From contig CM000151.3 of assembly GCA_000004695.1 (NCBI GenBank), positions 8,096,001-8,160,000 on the forward strand: DNA of 64,000 nt, in the 5' to 3' direction. A model generated the notes under the pieces. It made no database searches. It was given only the letters and a program-made list of their open reading frames with translations, and was not told where the DNA came from. Shown here in pieces: positions 51,736-64,000 of this stretch. Numbering within the stretch: position 1 is the first letter of the stretch; each line of letters begins with the position of its first letter. Both the position numbers and the translations under genes were made by a program. The stretch comes from Dictyostelium discoideum (Eukaryota).

Positions 51736-53203
51736 ATGAATTTATATAAAAAATCTTTTTTACCAATAATATTATTATGCAACTTAATAATAAATGTTCA
51801 TTCATATGGTGAAGGTGATGGTAATGGTAAGTAATATTTTTTAAAAAAAGAAAATAATAATTTTAGATTATTAATTTTTTTTTTTTTTTTTTTTTTTAGG
51901 ATTACCAATTTGGCAAGAAAGAGAAAGTTTAAATTTATTGAATGCTGTACGTTTTGATCCAGTTGGATATAAAAATTATTTTATGTCAACTGGTTATAAT
52001 AATATGGGAAATGTATTTGCTAATAATATTTATCCAGCTACAAATCCAGTTTATTATAACTCTGTTTTAAATTCTCAAGCACGTTACCATTCAACTGATA
52101 TGGGTGTAAATAATTGTTTCTCACATTCAAATTGTGATGGTACTTCAATCACTGCAAGATTTAATGCATTCAATGCAAACTGTATGACTGGTTGGGGTGA
52201 AAATTTATCAGCTGGTTTTTCAAATGGTGTCCTAACTCAAAATTCTTTAATTTGTGAAACCCCACCATATTGTGTAAACGATGGTAATAATGATGGACAT
52301 AGATCAAATATGATGGTTTCAAGATGGGTCGCTGCAGGCGTTGGTTTTTATTATGCACCATCATCAACTTATAAATATTATTGGAGTCAAGATTACAAAG
52401 ATGCAACATGTGAACCACAAACCTCACCAATCTATTCAGGATCTCATAGTTTTTGGCCATCAGCATCAGTACCAATGTTCCATGCTTCATATTATAATAA
52501 AAAAGGTGAAAGTTTATCTTCAGCAAGAGTAGTATTTAGTTCTGGAGCATATGGTGATTTAAATTTAGCAATTGGTTCAACTAATAAAGGTTTTTATACC
52601 TTTTTTTTAAATGGTTATGTTATGTGTGATTCTTATATTTTTGAATTTGCTACAACCAATGGTAATGTTTACAGATATCCAGATAGTGGTTCATTATCAA
52701 TTGTAACTTCATCAGGTTCATGTTCAGCATGGTCATCAAATTATATTCAAGGTACAGTATCTCAAACAACAACTCAACCACCAGTTACTCAAACTCCAAC
52801 CCCTACCCCAACCCCAACTCAAACTCAAGCCCCAACTCAAACTCCTACTCAAACTCCTAGCCCAACTCAAACTCCTAGCCCAACTCAAACTCAAACTCAA
52901 ACTTCTACCCCAACACCAACTGAAACACCAACTGAAACACCAAATTCTAATGAAAACTCAAGTAGTTCATCTACTTTAATTGGTAATAGTTCAACCAATT
53001 CAGAATTACAAAGTAGTGAAAGTAATGATTCATCAACATCTGATAAATCTACTTCCTCAAACAACAATAATAACTCTGAACCAAATCTACCAGGTGGTAT
53101 TAATAAAAATTCCCAAAGTGAAGATTCAAATTCAAATCAAATATTACCAAATTTAATTGTACCATTCCTTCTTGGTCTTTTAATTAAAATATTATTATAC
53201 TAA
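51736..53203 (+). CDS. Secreted CAP (CRISP/PR-1-like) domain protein with Thr/Pro/Gln-rich mucin-like stalk and hydrophobic (GPI-anchor-like) C-terminus; exons 51736..51826, 51900..53203
   Basis: Signal peptide exon MNLYKKSFLPIILLCNLIINVHS...G|GTAAGT. Acceptor tttag|GA. CAP-like core (...NCMTGWGENLSAG...GHRSNMMVSRWVAAGVG...). (TQTPTPTPTPTQTQAPTQTPTQTPSPTQTPSPTQTQTQTSTPTPTETPTETP) repeat. C-terminal LPNLIVPFLLGLLIKILLY*. Confidence 0.55.
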
Positions 53204-53299
53204 TAATACATTTTAAAAATTAATAAATATAAAAAAAAAAAAAAAAAGTGTTTTTATAATATATATATTTAAATTGTTTATTTTATTTTATTTTATTTT

Positions 53300-54768
53300 T
53301 TAAAATTTATTTCTTGAAATCCAATCACCAGCAATTGGACCTAATCTTTGATGATCAAAACCTAAAGCATCAGTTAAAGATATTGAATAAGGAACAATTT
53401 CTTTACAAAGTTCTAAGATTTGAATTGAAATTGATTCAGATTGTTGAGGTGAGATGAATTGATATTTTAAGAACCAATTATCACGATCTATAATATTTAA
53501 TACATAGAGTGAAACTAAAAGTTTGAGAGCATTTCTAGTGTTTTCATCAGGATAATTGTTAACAGCGGCAATGAATTTATCGAGGATAGTTTTTTCAGTA
53601 TAAGCAACACCTAAACGAACGATATAGGTACCATTATCATTCCAAGCGTCCATAATTGCAGAACCTTCAGAGACGGAATCACTTAATTTCTCAGTTACAT
53701 ATTGAATGGTTTGATTTAATCTTGAATTTAAAGCTTCCAATAAGAAATCGAAAGATCTAATGTAATTTCTATCAGTTCTTTGTTTTTGTTCATTTGAAGG
53801 TTGTTGATAATCTGTTGGTGGATTCTTTCTAGATTCGGATAACATGAATTTGGCAACTTGTTGATATAATAGTATATTATCACCTTCGAAAGTTGTATAG
53901 ATTTCAGTCTCTGATTTGAAATTACCAATTAAATTCTCACTCAAGAACCCTTGACCACCACAAGCCTCTCTACACTCTTGAAGACAATCACGAGTTGACC
54001 AAGAACTATAAGCCTTTAAAGCCGATGCTAAAATATGAATTTCCTTCTCCTTTTTCTCTTTTTCAGACAATAAATCCAATAGATAATTATTTGAGAAATG
54101 GGTGGCGTAGGTGTTTGCCAAATGTGGAATTAAACGTTTTCTATGCGAGGAATAGGATATTAATTGTTTCTCGAATTTTGGATCTGAACCTTGGAATTGT
54201 TTTCTAGAGAATGAATATCTAATTGCCGTGGTCAAGCCAACTGAATTAAATGCAACTGACCCAATTGAAACAATGTAACGACCAAGTACCAATGCACCAA
54301 TGGTATTGGCAAAACGTTTATTTGCAGGATTAATTGGTGATGTGTAAATGCCTGCTTTGTTAACTCCACCAAATCTATTCAATAATTGGTCTCTTGGTAT
54401 ATGTAAATCTTTAAACATGATTCTACCATTATCAACACCATTCAAAGCCATCTTTACACCACAATCTCTAATATCAACACCCTTCACTAGACTACCATCA
54501 TCATTTCTAATTCTTGCAACAAATGCATGAACTCCTTCCATCTTACCACTAACTTTTAATTGTGCCATAATAATTGTATGTGTTGCATTCTTTGCTGATC
54601 CACCGATAAAATATTTTTGACTTGTAATAGTTGGTGAATTTATAATAAATTCTTCTTTATCATGATCATATTCTGCAATAGTTTCAATTGATTGTACATT
54701 TGATCCATGTCCTAATTCTGTTAATGAAAAACATCCAATAATTTCTAATTTTTCTACCTCTATATATA

Positions 54769-54823
<55 letters not shown>

Positions 54824-55585
54824 CAATAAATAAATAAATAAATAAATAATAATTGAAAAAATTACTTACTTTCAGTATATTTCTTTCTTTGTTCTTCTGA
54901 TCCTAAAAATACAATTGATGCACCAAATAATGAAAAGTGCACGCCCATTAAAGTTGTAACACTTGGGTTTTGGAATCTATAACCTTGTGTGAAAACTGCA
55001 ATTTTTTTGGGATTTCTGCAAATATTGATTGGGAAAAAAAAAAAAAAAATTTAAAAAAAAAAAAAAAAGATATTTTATTTTATTTTGAAAATCAGTAAAC
55101 TGCAAATTTTTTGGAAAAAAAAATGATAACTGGGAGAATTGGTGTTGATACCATCAAAAAAAAAAAAATGAAAAAAATAAAAAAAAAAAGGTGGTGTTTG
55201 GTGAAGGTGTTGAGAGGTTTGTTTTTTTTACTCTCTCTTTTAAAAAAAAAAAAAATTAATATTAAAAAATTTACCTTTCTAAATCAATTAAACCAAAATG
55301 TTTTGTTGCTAATTCCATTAATTTTTTAAATTGGTTAAATGTTAATTCTCTATCTTGTTCAAGTGAAAGACCAAAAGATGGTTGTAATAAAAAATTTTCA
55401 TTATTCCAAAAAGTTGATAAAGATTCTTTTAATTCTAGTTCATATGGAAATAAATATTTATTTAATAAATTGGCATCGAATGATTGTTTAATTTCCATAT
55501 ATTGTGGATCAATCTCTGATAAACAATCATTATTTGATAATAAATGTAGTGTATTAATTTGAATTCTTCTAATTGTTGATTCCAT
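53300..55585 (-). CDS. Acyl-CoA oxidase (peroxisomal ACOX family); exons (minus) 55585..55275, 55015..54870, 54759..53300
   Basis: ACOX motifs CFSLTELGHGSNVQSIET, VHFSLFGASIVFLGSEEQRKKY, and a C-terminal ACOX domain (...LYQQVAKFMLSE...). Junctions GAAAG|GTAAAT...atttgcag|A and GAAA|GTAAGT...tatatag|AG are phase-consistent. 638 aa. Confidence 0.85.
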
Positions 55586-56463
55586 TTTTTTTTTTTTTTT
55601 TTTTTTTTTTAACTATAATTTATTTATTTGTTTTTGTTTATTTTTAATTATTATTATTTTTAATTATTATTATTATTTAAATTATAAAAATTAGAAAATA
55701 TAAAAAAAAAAATAAAAAAACACACTTTAATTTATAGATGGGATTTATATTTAGAAGTTTTTATTTATATATATAAAAGGGGTGTCCAAGTAAGAAGTTT
55801 TTTAATGTAATGAAAAATAAAAAAAAAAAAAATTTTAAATAAAAAAATGTAACCAAAAAAAAAAAAAAAAAAATAGATGTGTGGGGATTAGAAAGAAATA
55901 AAAAAAAAAAAATAAAAAAAAATTAATTTTTATTTTTTTTTTGAAAATATCAATTTTTAATTTTTTTAATTTTTTTTTTGGATTTGAAATTAAAATTAAA
56001 ATTTTCAGATATATATAACAACATAATTTACCAAAAAAAAAAAAAAAAAAAATTATAATTTGGTTTTGGGGTGGATTTATAATAATGAATTTTCTTTTAC
56101 ATTATCTCGTGTTTTTGGAAATTAAATAAAAAAATTATAATTATAAAAAAAAAAAAAAAGAGAAAAAAAATAGAAAAAAAATAAATAAGATGACGAATAT
56201 TAATTTTTCGAAAAGTGTTTAAAAATAAAAAAATAAAAAATAAAAATAAAAAAAAACAAACTCATTCAATTTTAATCATTTTTAGAAATGAAACAAATAA
56301 ATAAACAAAAAAATAAAAAAAATTGGTTGAGCTTTTTAGCTTTTTACAAAAATAAATTAAAATAATAATTTAAAAAAAAAAAAAAAAAACCGAATAGTTT
56401 TTTTTTTTTTTTTTTTCAAAAAATATTTCATTTTAATTTTATTTTTTAAATAAGTAAATTACA

Positions 56464-58059
56464 ATGATTTCAATTTTTAAAATCCTATCATCACCAAAAC
56501 CAGCAACAACAACAACAAATATTATTAACCCAATAAATATAATAAATGGAATAAGATATTTTTCGAGTAATCAAGAAGATTATCCATTATTTAAAAAACC
56601 AGTATTTAATGGTAAAGTTTTGAGAGGTGGTAGAAAAGTTTTTAAAAATGATTTAATTTATTCAAAAAAAGAATCTCATTATAATAATAATAATAATAGT
56701 AATAATAATAGTAATAATAATAATAATAATAATAATAGTAATAATAGAAATAATAATAATTTCAGCAATAATAGAAATAATAATAATAATAGAAATAATA
56801 ATAATAATAATAGTAATAGAAATAATAATAATAGTAATGATAATAATTTTAGAAATAATAATAATAATAATAGAAGAACTGAATATTATAAAAATGATTT
56901 TGATAGTTCAAAATATATTTCAAATAAACCAGAGATTAGAATTTTTGATTTACATGAACAAGCAGTTTATGGTATAAATCCAGTTTGGGTTGCATTGTCA
57001 TCTGGAAATAGAACATTTAATGCATTATATGTTTGTGGTACATTATTACCAAAATTAAAAGAATTGGGTATTGATATTAAAAATATTGAAAATTCAAAAA
57101 GAGAATATATTTCTGATTTTGATCATAACTATGGTAGAGAAACAAACCAAATAGAGGATGAAAATCAAGATGAACAATATTCAAATCAACATGATGAACA
57201 AGAACAAAATGAATATGAGGAAGAACAAGAAGAAGAAAAAGTACAAGAAGAAGAAGAGGATAATAATAATAATAATAATATTAAAAAAACAACATTTAAT
57301 AGATACAATGATAGAAAGAATTTAGTAGCATTAAAAGAAATTGTTAAAAATTCATTTAAACTTAAAATACCAGTTAGATCAGTTAATAAGGGTACTTTGG
57401 ATTCATTTTCGAAGGGTAGACCACATCAAGGTATAATTTTAGATGCATCACCATTGACTTTATTAAATATCGACTTTTTAGAGAAATTCGATATAAATGA
57501 AAGAGTGAATAAAAGAATGAATGGTGGTGGTGGTGGTGGTGGTGGTGGTGGTGGTAATAAGATTAACAATGATAAATATCCATTATGGTTAGTATTGGAC
57601 GAATTATGGGATCCACAAAATGTAGGTGCAATAATTAGAAATTGTAGTTTCTTTAATATCGATGGTGTGGTAATTTCAAATAAGAATTCAAGTCCTATAA
57701 CACCGGCAGCTTCAAAATCAAGTTCTGGGGCATGTGAAAGTTTTGTAATTAATCGTACAGAGTCAATTGAAGGTTTCTTAAAATCAAGTCAAAGAAATGG
57801 TTGGAATGTAGTTGGTACATCTTTAGATGACTTGAATGAAAACCAACCATGTCTTGATATTAATCAAATTAAATTAGATCAACCAACAATCCTCATACTT
57901 GGTAATGAAGGTTTTGGTTTAAAACCTTCAGTTTTAGAAATTTGTAATAAAACTATAAAAATCGTTGGTGGTAATTATAAAATTGATTCTTTAAATGTTT
58001 CTGTAACTTCTGGTATTTTAATTCATACATTATTATCATCTGGAACATTACCAAAATAA
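56464..58059 (+). CDS. SpoU/TrmH-family 2'-O-ribose RNA methyltransferase, MRM1-like (mitochondrial rRNA methyltransferase)
   Basis: C-terminal SPOUT motifs [71 protein letters not shown]. Presequence-like N-terminus. Long Asn-rich linker and a Gly11 run. Confidence 0.75.
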   Translation: [531 protein letters not shown]

Positions 58060-58193
58060 ATAATAAAAATAAAAATAAAAAAATAGAAATATTAAATGAA
58101 TAAACTTTTCTTTATTTTTTTTATTTTTTTTTTTATTTTTTTTTTTTTGTAAAACTTATTATTTATTATTTTTTTTAAATTAATTTTTTTTTT

Positions 58194-59379
58194 TTAAGCA
58201 AAGAAAACAACAAATATTACAATAAATACAATTAAAACTAAAAATATTTTTAAAATTAAACTTCTATTTGAAGATACATTTAAAAGTGTTTGAATTAAAG
58301 AATCGTGACCTCTTGAAATGTTTGCTAAAGAATCATCCATATTTGAATCAATTCTTTCAATGACTTCACCTTGCATCGATACCAAATTTGCTAATTGTGT
58401 GAAAATACCTTCTAATTGATTAATGGTCGATGATATATTCTCTGCTGCTCTTAAACGACTTGATGAATAATCTGTTGTATGCATCATTAATTCTTGTGGC
58501 ATTAAAATTGAATGTTCATTTGAATTATCATCATCCTCCATTTCATATTTATATAATGCTGAATCTAAAATAAATAAAAATAAATAAAAATAATAAAAAA
58601 AAGTTAGTTTTAAAATTGTAAAGTTAAAAAAAAAAAAAAAAAAAAAAAAAGAAGCACAATAACACAACAAACACAAGATGGTTATATGAACGAATTTGAT
58701 ATATTGATATTGATATATTGATATTTTGATATTTTGATAATTGGATAGACAGAGAGGGAAGGGGATGTAGAGGTACACAACAACAATAATAATAAACAAA
58801 AATAACAAAAACAATAATTAATAATTATTAATAAACTCTCTCACTAACCATCTCTGTTTGTTGTGTTACGGTGCCTAATATCACTTTTAGAAGAAGAAGA
58901 AGAAACATTACTATTATTTCCTGATGGATGTTCGTGTGATGAACCTGGTGGTGATGAAAATGTATTTGAATAACCTGAAAAACTATCTTTTTTCTCTTGT
59001 TGTTGTTTTAAACTCTATAAATAATAATATTTATATAGATTAATATATATAACTAAATCTAAATCTAAATCTATATCTAATATATACCTCTGTTCTAACT
59101 TCTAAAATATCTTTAAAATCTTTTGTCGCATTTGATAATTTTAAATTTAAAAATCCAACTATAGTCTCTGAATGATCACCAGTTTGTTTGTTTGGTTGTC
59201 TTGATGATTTTACATATTGATCAAGTGATGATAAATCTTTATTTAATTTTTGAATATCTTGTTTTATAATAAATGTTAATTCTTCAATTTGTGCTGATGA
59301 ATCCATAAATAATTTTGTATTTTTTGCCACTACATTTCAATATATTAGATAGATAGATGTTAGTTCCTTAAATTATGAA

Positions 59380-59416
<37 letters not shown>

Positions 59417-59649
59417 GTATGTATTTAAATATTTAGGTATTTATTTAATTATTTACTATTTGTTAATTTTATTAATTTCTCAGAGGTTTCAAAAACACCT
59501 TTACTTATTTCCGCTGCTGCATATGAGAATTGTGATTTTTGAGAATGTTGTTTTTTCCCTTTATGTGATATTGTTCCATTTTGTTCTTGTTTCCTTCTTA
59601 AAGTTTCTGCTAAATTACCAAATTCTGATGTTCTATCTTTAAACACCAT
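58194..59649 (-). CDS. syn5: Syntaxin 5 (Sed5-type Golgi t-SNARE); exons (minus) 59649..59457, 59329..59088, 59014..58849, 58564..58194
   Basis: N-terminal MVFKDRTSEF (DRTxEF Sly1-binding motif). AKNTKLFMDSSAQIEELTFIIKQDIQKLNKDL matches the syntaxin-5 Habc region. Qa-SNARE motif RLRAAENISSTINQLEGIFTQLANLVSMQGEVIERIDSNMDDSLANISRG. C-terminal TM. Four phase-consistent exons, 323 aa. Confidence 0.8.
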
Positions 59650-59877
59650 TTTCTTTTTACTGTTTTTATATAAATATGTATATTATTATTATTCGTTGGT
59701 TTTTTTATTTTATTTTTTTATTTTATTTTTTTATTGTTATTTAATTATTATTATTATTATTATTATTGTTATAATTATTAAATTTTTAAAAGCTATATTA
59801 TACAAATATTTAAATTACACCAATATGTGTATTAAATAAAAACAAATTAAAAAAAAAAAAAAAAAATTTGAACCAAT

Positions 59878-59913
<36 letters not shown>

Positions 59914-61811
59914 AAAAATTAAAAACACCTCAAATTTTTATTTTTTTATTTTTAATTTTATTTTTTATTTTTATTTATTTATTTTTTTTTTTTTTTGGGA
60001 ATGAATATTCTGTTGATGTTCCATTTTCGTCAAAAATAATAATTTTATTTTAATCAAGATTGGTAATCGAGAATTTATAATATTTACAAATGAAGAGTAG
60101 GATTTACTAAAACAAATAAATATGAAACATTTTTTTATTAATTTAATAATCAAATTTAGGTTGATAAAGCTATCATTATATTCATAATTGAACTCTATAT
60201 ATGTTTTTAATATTATTTGGAATTTTAAAAGTTATTTTTTTTTTAAAAAAAAATAAAATAAAATAACAAAATAATCATACTTTAATAAAAACAATAAAAA
60301 CACATAAATCATGGAGAATTCAATAAAGAATATATAATAATGGTGTTTTCAATTTAAATATATCTTTTTTTTTAAATAATATATACTAATAATGATAATA
60401 GTAGTAATAATTTTAATAGTCCAAATAGTATTAAAAGTCATAAATCATTTTTAGAATGGAATAGAGAACGATACTTGGGGAGAATAAAACATAGAGAAGC
60501 AAGTGATGTTAAAATTTTATGCTTGGATGTTGATTTTATTTTGTTTATCTTTATTTTATTTTATTTTATTTTTTTTAAGTGGTAAAAAAAAAAGTTTTTC
60601 AAACAAATGCAATCAAATAAAAAAAAAAAAAAAATATAAAAATAAAAAAAAAAAAAAAAAAAATTATTTTCAAGATTTAAAGAATTGTTGCCACATCAAA
60701 AAAATATGTTTATAAAATAAAATCAATAAAATAATAAAATTAAAGAGTTAAATAAAAATAATACTATTTCAATGATTTGAAAAAAAAAAAATATTATTAC
60801 TGTTTTTTTATTTTTTTATTTTTTTTTTTTATTTTTAATTTTTTTAATTTTTATTTATTTATTATTTATAAATGTATTTAAAGAATAATACGTAGAAAGG
60901 GATACAGAAAGAGTTAAATATGTTGGAAGTTTTTTTTTTTTTTTAATGCCTTTCCCATTATTTTTTTTTTTTTTAAAAAAAAATAATAAATCTATTAATT
61001 GATTGGTCGACAGCAAAAAATATAAAAAAAAACAAAAGTGTTCCTGTATATGTTAATACCATTAAAATTTGGAATTTTATTTTAATTGCAAGGGTGTGGT
61101 GTTTATTATTTGTTTGTGTATATTAGATTTAAAAAAAAAAAAAAAAAAATAAAATAAAATAAAAAAAAAAAAAATAAATAAAAAATTTTATTTATTTGTA
61201 TCTTTTTATATATATTTAACACCCTAATATTGTATTAGCATACATACTTTTGTACTTTTATGTGATAAAAAAAATCATTCTTTTTTGATTTTTTTTTTTT
61301 TTTTTTCTTTTTTAATCATAATATTTACACTAAAAAATAAAAATTAATTTTATATTCTTTTATATATATAACTGTGTGATTGTTTTAATTTTTTTTTATT
61401 CTTATATTTTATTTTTATAAAAAAAACAAAACAAATGAAAATATATATACAAATATATACAAAATTATACATAAACACACACACTCTCTAATTTAAATTA
61501 ATTAAATTTTAAAATTGATTATTTTTTTTTTTATATATAAAAAAATTTTTTTATTTAATTTTTGATTTGACAAATAGATTTTTCTTTTTTTTTTTAAAAA
61601 AAATACACAATTATTTTATATTATATTGTTTTAGCACACTATAAATATATACTATTTATTTTTTATAATAATAAAAATAATAATAATAAAAATAAAAATA
61701 TTAATCATCAATAATCACATTAAAGAGTAATTTTAATAAACACAATCACACTAAATGTAACAGACCTAAATTAAAAAAAAAAAAAAAAAAAATTCAATCA
61801 CAATACAGTTA

Positions 61812-61851
<40 letters not shown>

Positions 61852-62068
61852 TATTACCAATAAATTTAAACCTATAAACTAAAAAAAAAGTTTAGGGTTT
61901 CCTTTTTTTTTTTCTTTTTTTTTTTCAAATTATTTAATTATTTATTTATTTTATTTTATTTTATTATATATATTTTTTTTTTTCCAAATAAAAAAAAAAA
62001 AAAAAAAAAAAAAAAATAATCGATTATATATATATATAAAATAAAAATCTAAAACAAAAAACAATAAA

Positions 62069-62371
62069 ATGATAATAAAAATAATAAAAAAAATATTTTT
62101 GTTGGTAATTTTATCTTTATTTTTTGGTAACAACAACAATAATAATAACATATATAATATAAATGGTATTGTTTTCGCACAATTACCAGGACTTCAAGGT
62201 GGAGGTGGAGTAACAAGTGGATTAATGGGATCATCATTATCAATGGGGGGGCCACGATCAAAATCATCAAGTATTACAAGTCCAGCAATAGATAGTTCAC
62301 TATTATCAACACCAATTGGTGGAAATTTATTCCCAATAAATAATAATAATAATAATAATAATAAAAATAAA

Positions 62372-62439
<68 letters not shown>

Positions 62440-64000
62440 TAATAATAATAATAAAGCAACAAATGGCTTATTAAATAATGATCTAACAACAGGTGGTTTA
62501 ATTTCTTCACCAATTCTAGCAACACCATCAAGTCAAAAATCAGATTTGACAACATCTTCAACATCTTCAACATCTTCAACATCTTCAACATCTTCAACAT
62601 CTTCAACATCTTCATCAACATCTTCAACATCATCATCCACAATATCAAATAGTATTATTCCATCTTTTACAACTACAACTACAACAACAACAACATCAAT
62701 ATCGACAATACCATTAAAAACAGCATCACCAACATTTTCCCCTGAACCAATTAATGAAATTGTAAATGATAAAAGTGATTCAAGTAATAGTATAGCACCA
62801 CCACAAAATACATTATTATCAAGAATACCAAAAACAACAATTTTAAAAAAGAAACCAGACCCAACTCCAAAACCAACAATAAATAATTTAAACTTAATAA
62901 ATGAAGATGAGGAGGAGGATGAGGGGGGAGAACAATTTTCAGAATCAGAATCAGATTATAATACATTACCAACTCAAATTATGGTTTGTGTTGGTAGTAT
63001 TTGTCCAAATGGTGCATGTATGGATGATTCACCAAATTGTGTTGGTCAATTAAATGATATTACTACAAGATGTCCATACGATACACCAGTTAGATGTCCA
63101 GATGGATCATGTAGTCAATCATTAGGTTTATGTCAATCATTAACTTTAAATTGTACACTTGGTATTTGCCCAAATGGTCAATGTGCACCATGTAATCAAT
63201 ATGATGGTTGTCCAATTGATATTCCATTTCAATGTCCAACTGGTGTTTGTTCAAAATTTGCATCACAATGTCAAAAATGTTTAAATGGTCATATGAAATG
63301 TTTTGATGGATCTTGTCAATCACCTTGTCCATATGTAAGTATATATTCACACAGTATAATAATTTATATATAAACTAAACTAATTTTAATTTTTTATTAA
63401 TTTTATATTTTAGCCACCATTTTATTATAAACCAATTACATTATCTAGAAATTTAATTAATGGTAAAAAAGATACAAAAGTAACAGTTAATAGTTATGAA
63501 CAACCATTGGATTATAATTCAAAACATATTAAAATATTGGATATTTATATTGAATCTGAAACAATACCAAGTAATACATTATTGAAAATTCAACCTGTAG
63601 CCGACTCTTCAGTTGAATTAATTAAAGGTGAGGAAAGTTGGCCTGATAATTATAATTACCAATTAGCATTATTATCACCAATCATTAATATAACTGCTTC
63701 TTATAATGGTACTTTATTAAAAAATTTTAAAAAAAAAATTAGATTTGAATTTAATTTAATTAATAATCCTGCATTTGTAAGTTTATTTTTTAATTATATA
63801 ATATTATTTTTATTAAAACAATTTAATATTAATATTAATAATAATTATTATATAATAAAAAAAAAATAAAGGATATTAATTTTATGTGTTTTGGATTTAT
63901 AAATGAAACAAGTGGTAAATGGGAAAAAGTTTCAAATGTTACAATTGAAAATTCAATGATGGTTGGTTATACTGATCATTTTACATCATTTGCAATGTTG
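62069..64000 (+). CDS. 5' part of a large secreted/membrane protein with Cys-rich repeats and a GPS (GPCR proteolysis site) motif, i.e. adhesion-GPCR/latrophilin-receptor-like; exons 62069..63334, 63414..63776, 63872..>64000 (continues beyond the window)
   Basis: Signal peptide MIIKIIKKIFLLVILSLFFG. Poly-N and (STS)n low complexity. Cys-rich modules CPNGACMDDSPNC...CPDGSCSQSLGLC...CPNGQCAPC...CPTGVCSKFASQC. Third exon ...MCFGFINETSGKWEKVSNVTIENSMMVGYTDHFTSFAML matches the GPS consensus C.C.HLTxFAVL. Donors TAT|GTAAGT and TTT|GTAAGT, phase 0. Confidence 0.55.

Overview
This window looks like nuclear DNA from Dictyostelium discoideum or a close relative. Overall AT content is about 78-80%. There are long poly-A/T tracts and (ATT)n/(AAC)n repeats that encode poly-Asn/Gln runs. 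Introns are short and AT-rich with GTAAGT/GTATGT donors and AG acceptors, and genes are densely packed. I could support about 30 protein-coding genes. Identities are inferred from motifs only. Exon boundaries were derived by hand and are approximate.

Genes found:
- a TerD/CABP1-like protein
- a tandem array of three LRR/EGF/IPT-TIG type-I membrane protein paralogs (only the third is intact)
- a Rab GTPase
- an Amt ammonium transporter
- a tandem pair of F-box-like paralogs
- an AGC kinase
- clathrin light chain
- Mgm101
- an EGF-like membrane protein
- a DDX20/Gemin3-like DEAD-box helicase
- a dynactin p24-like protein
- a phospholipase B-like protein
- an RGG-box protein
- a WD40 protein
- a class-3 lipase
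- a CAP/PR-1-like protein
- acyl-CoA oxidase
- an MRM1-like SpoU methyltransferase
- syntaxin 5
- a GPS-motif (adhesion-GPCR/latrophilin-like) protein that runs off the 3' edge

The most unusual region is a roughly 5-kb island at about 40.5-45.5 kb. It is compositionally atypical (higher GC, non-Dictyostelium codon usage) and sits directly upstream of a tRNA-Ala(AGC) gene. It contains a frameshifted homologue of the NCLDV-type (iridovirus/phycodnavirus/mimivirus-like) double-jelly-roll major capsid protein. The ALP..AL.YHEV and YAYAFSL/PSGSCNFSRIDN-like motifs are recognisable. It also holds several unidentifiable GC-richer ORFs and decayed ORF fragments. I interpret it as a relic of an integrated giant-virus-like element, or a horizontal acquisition.
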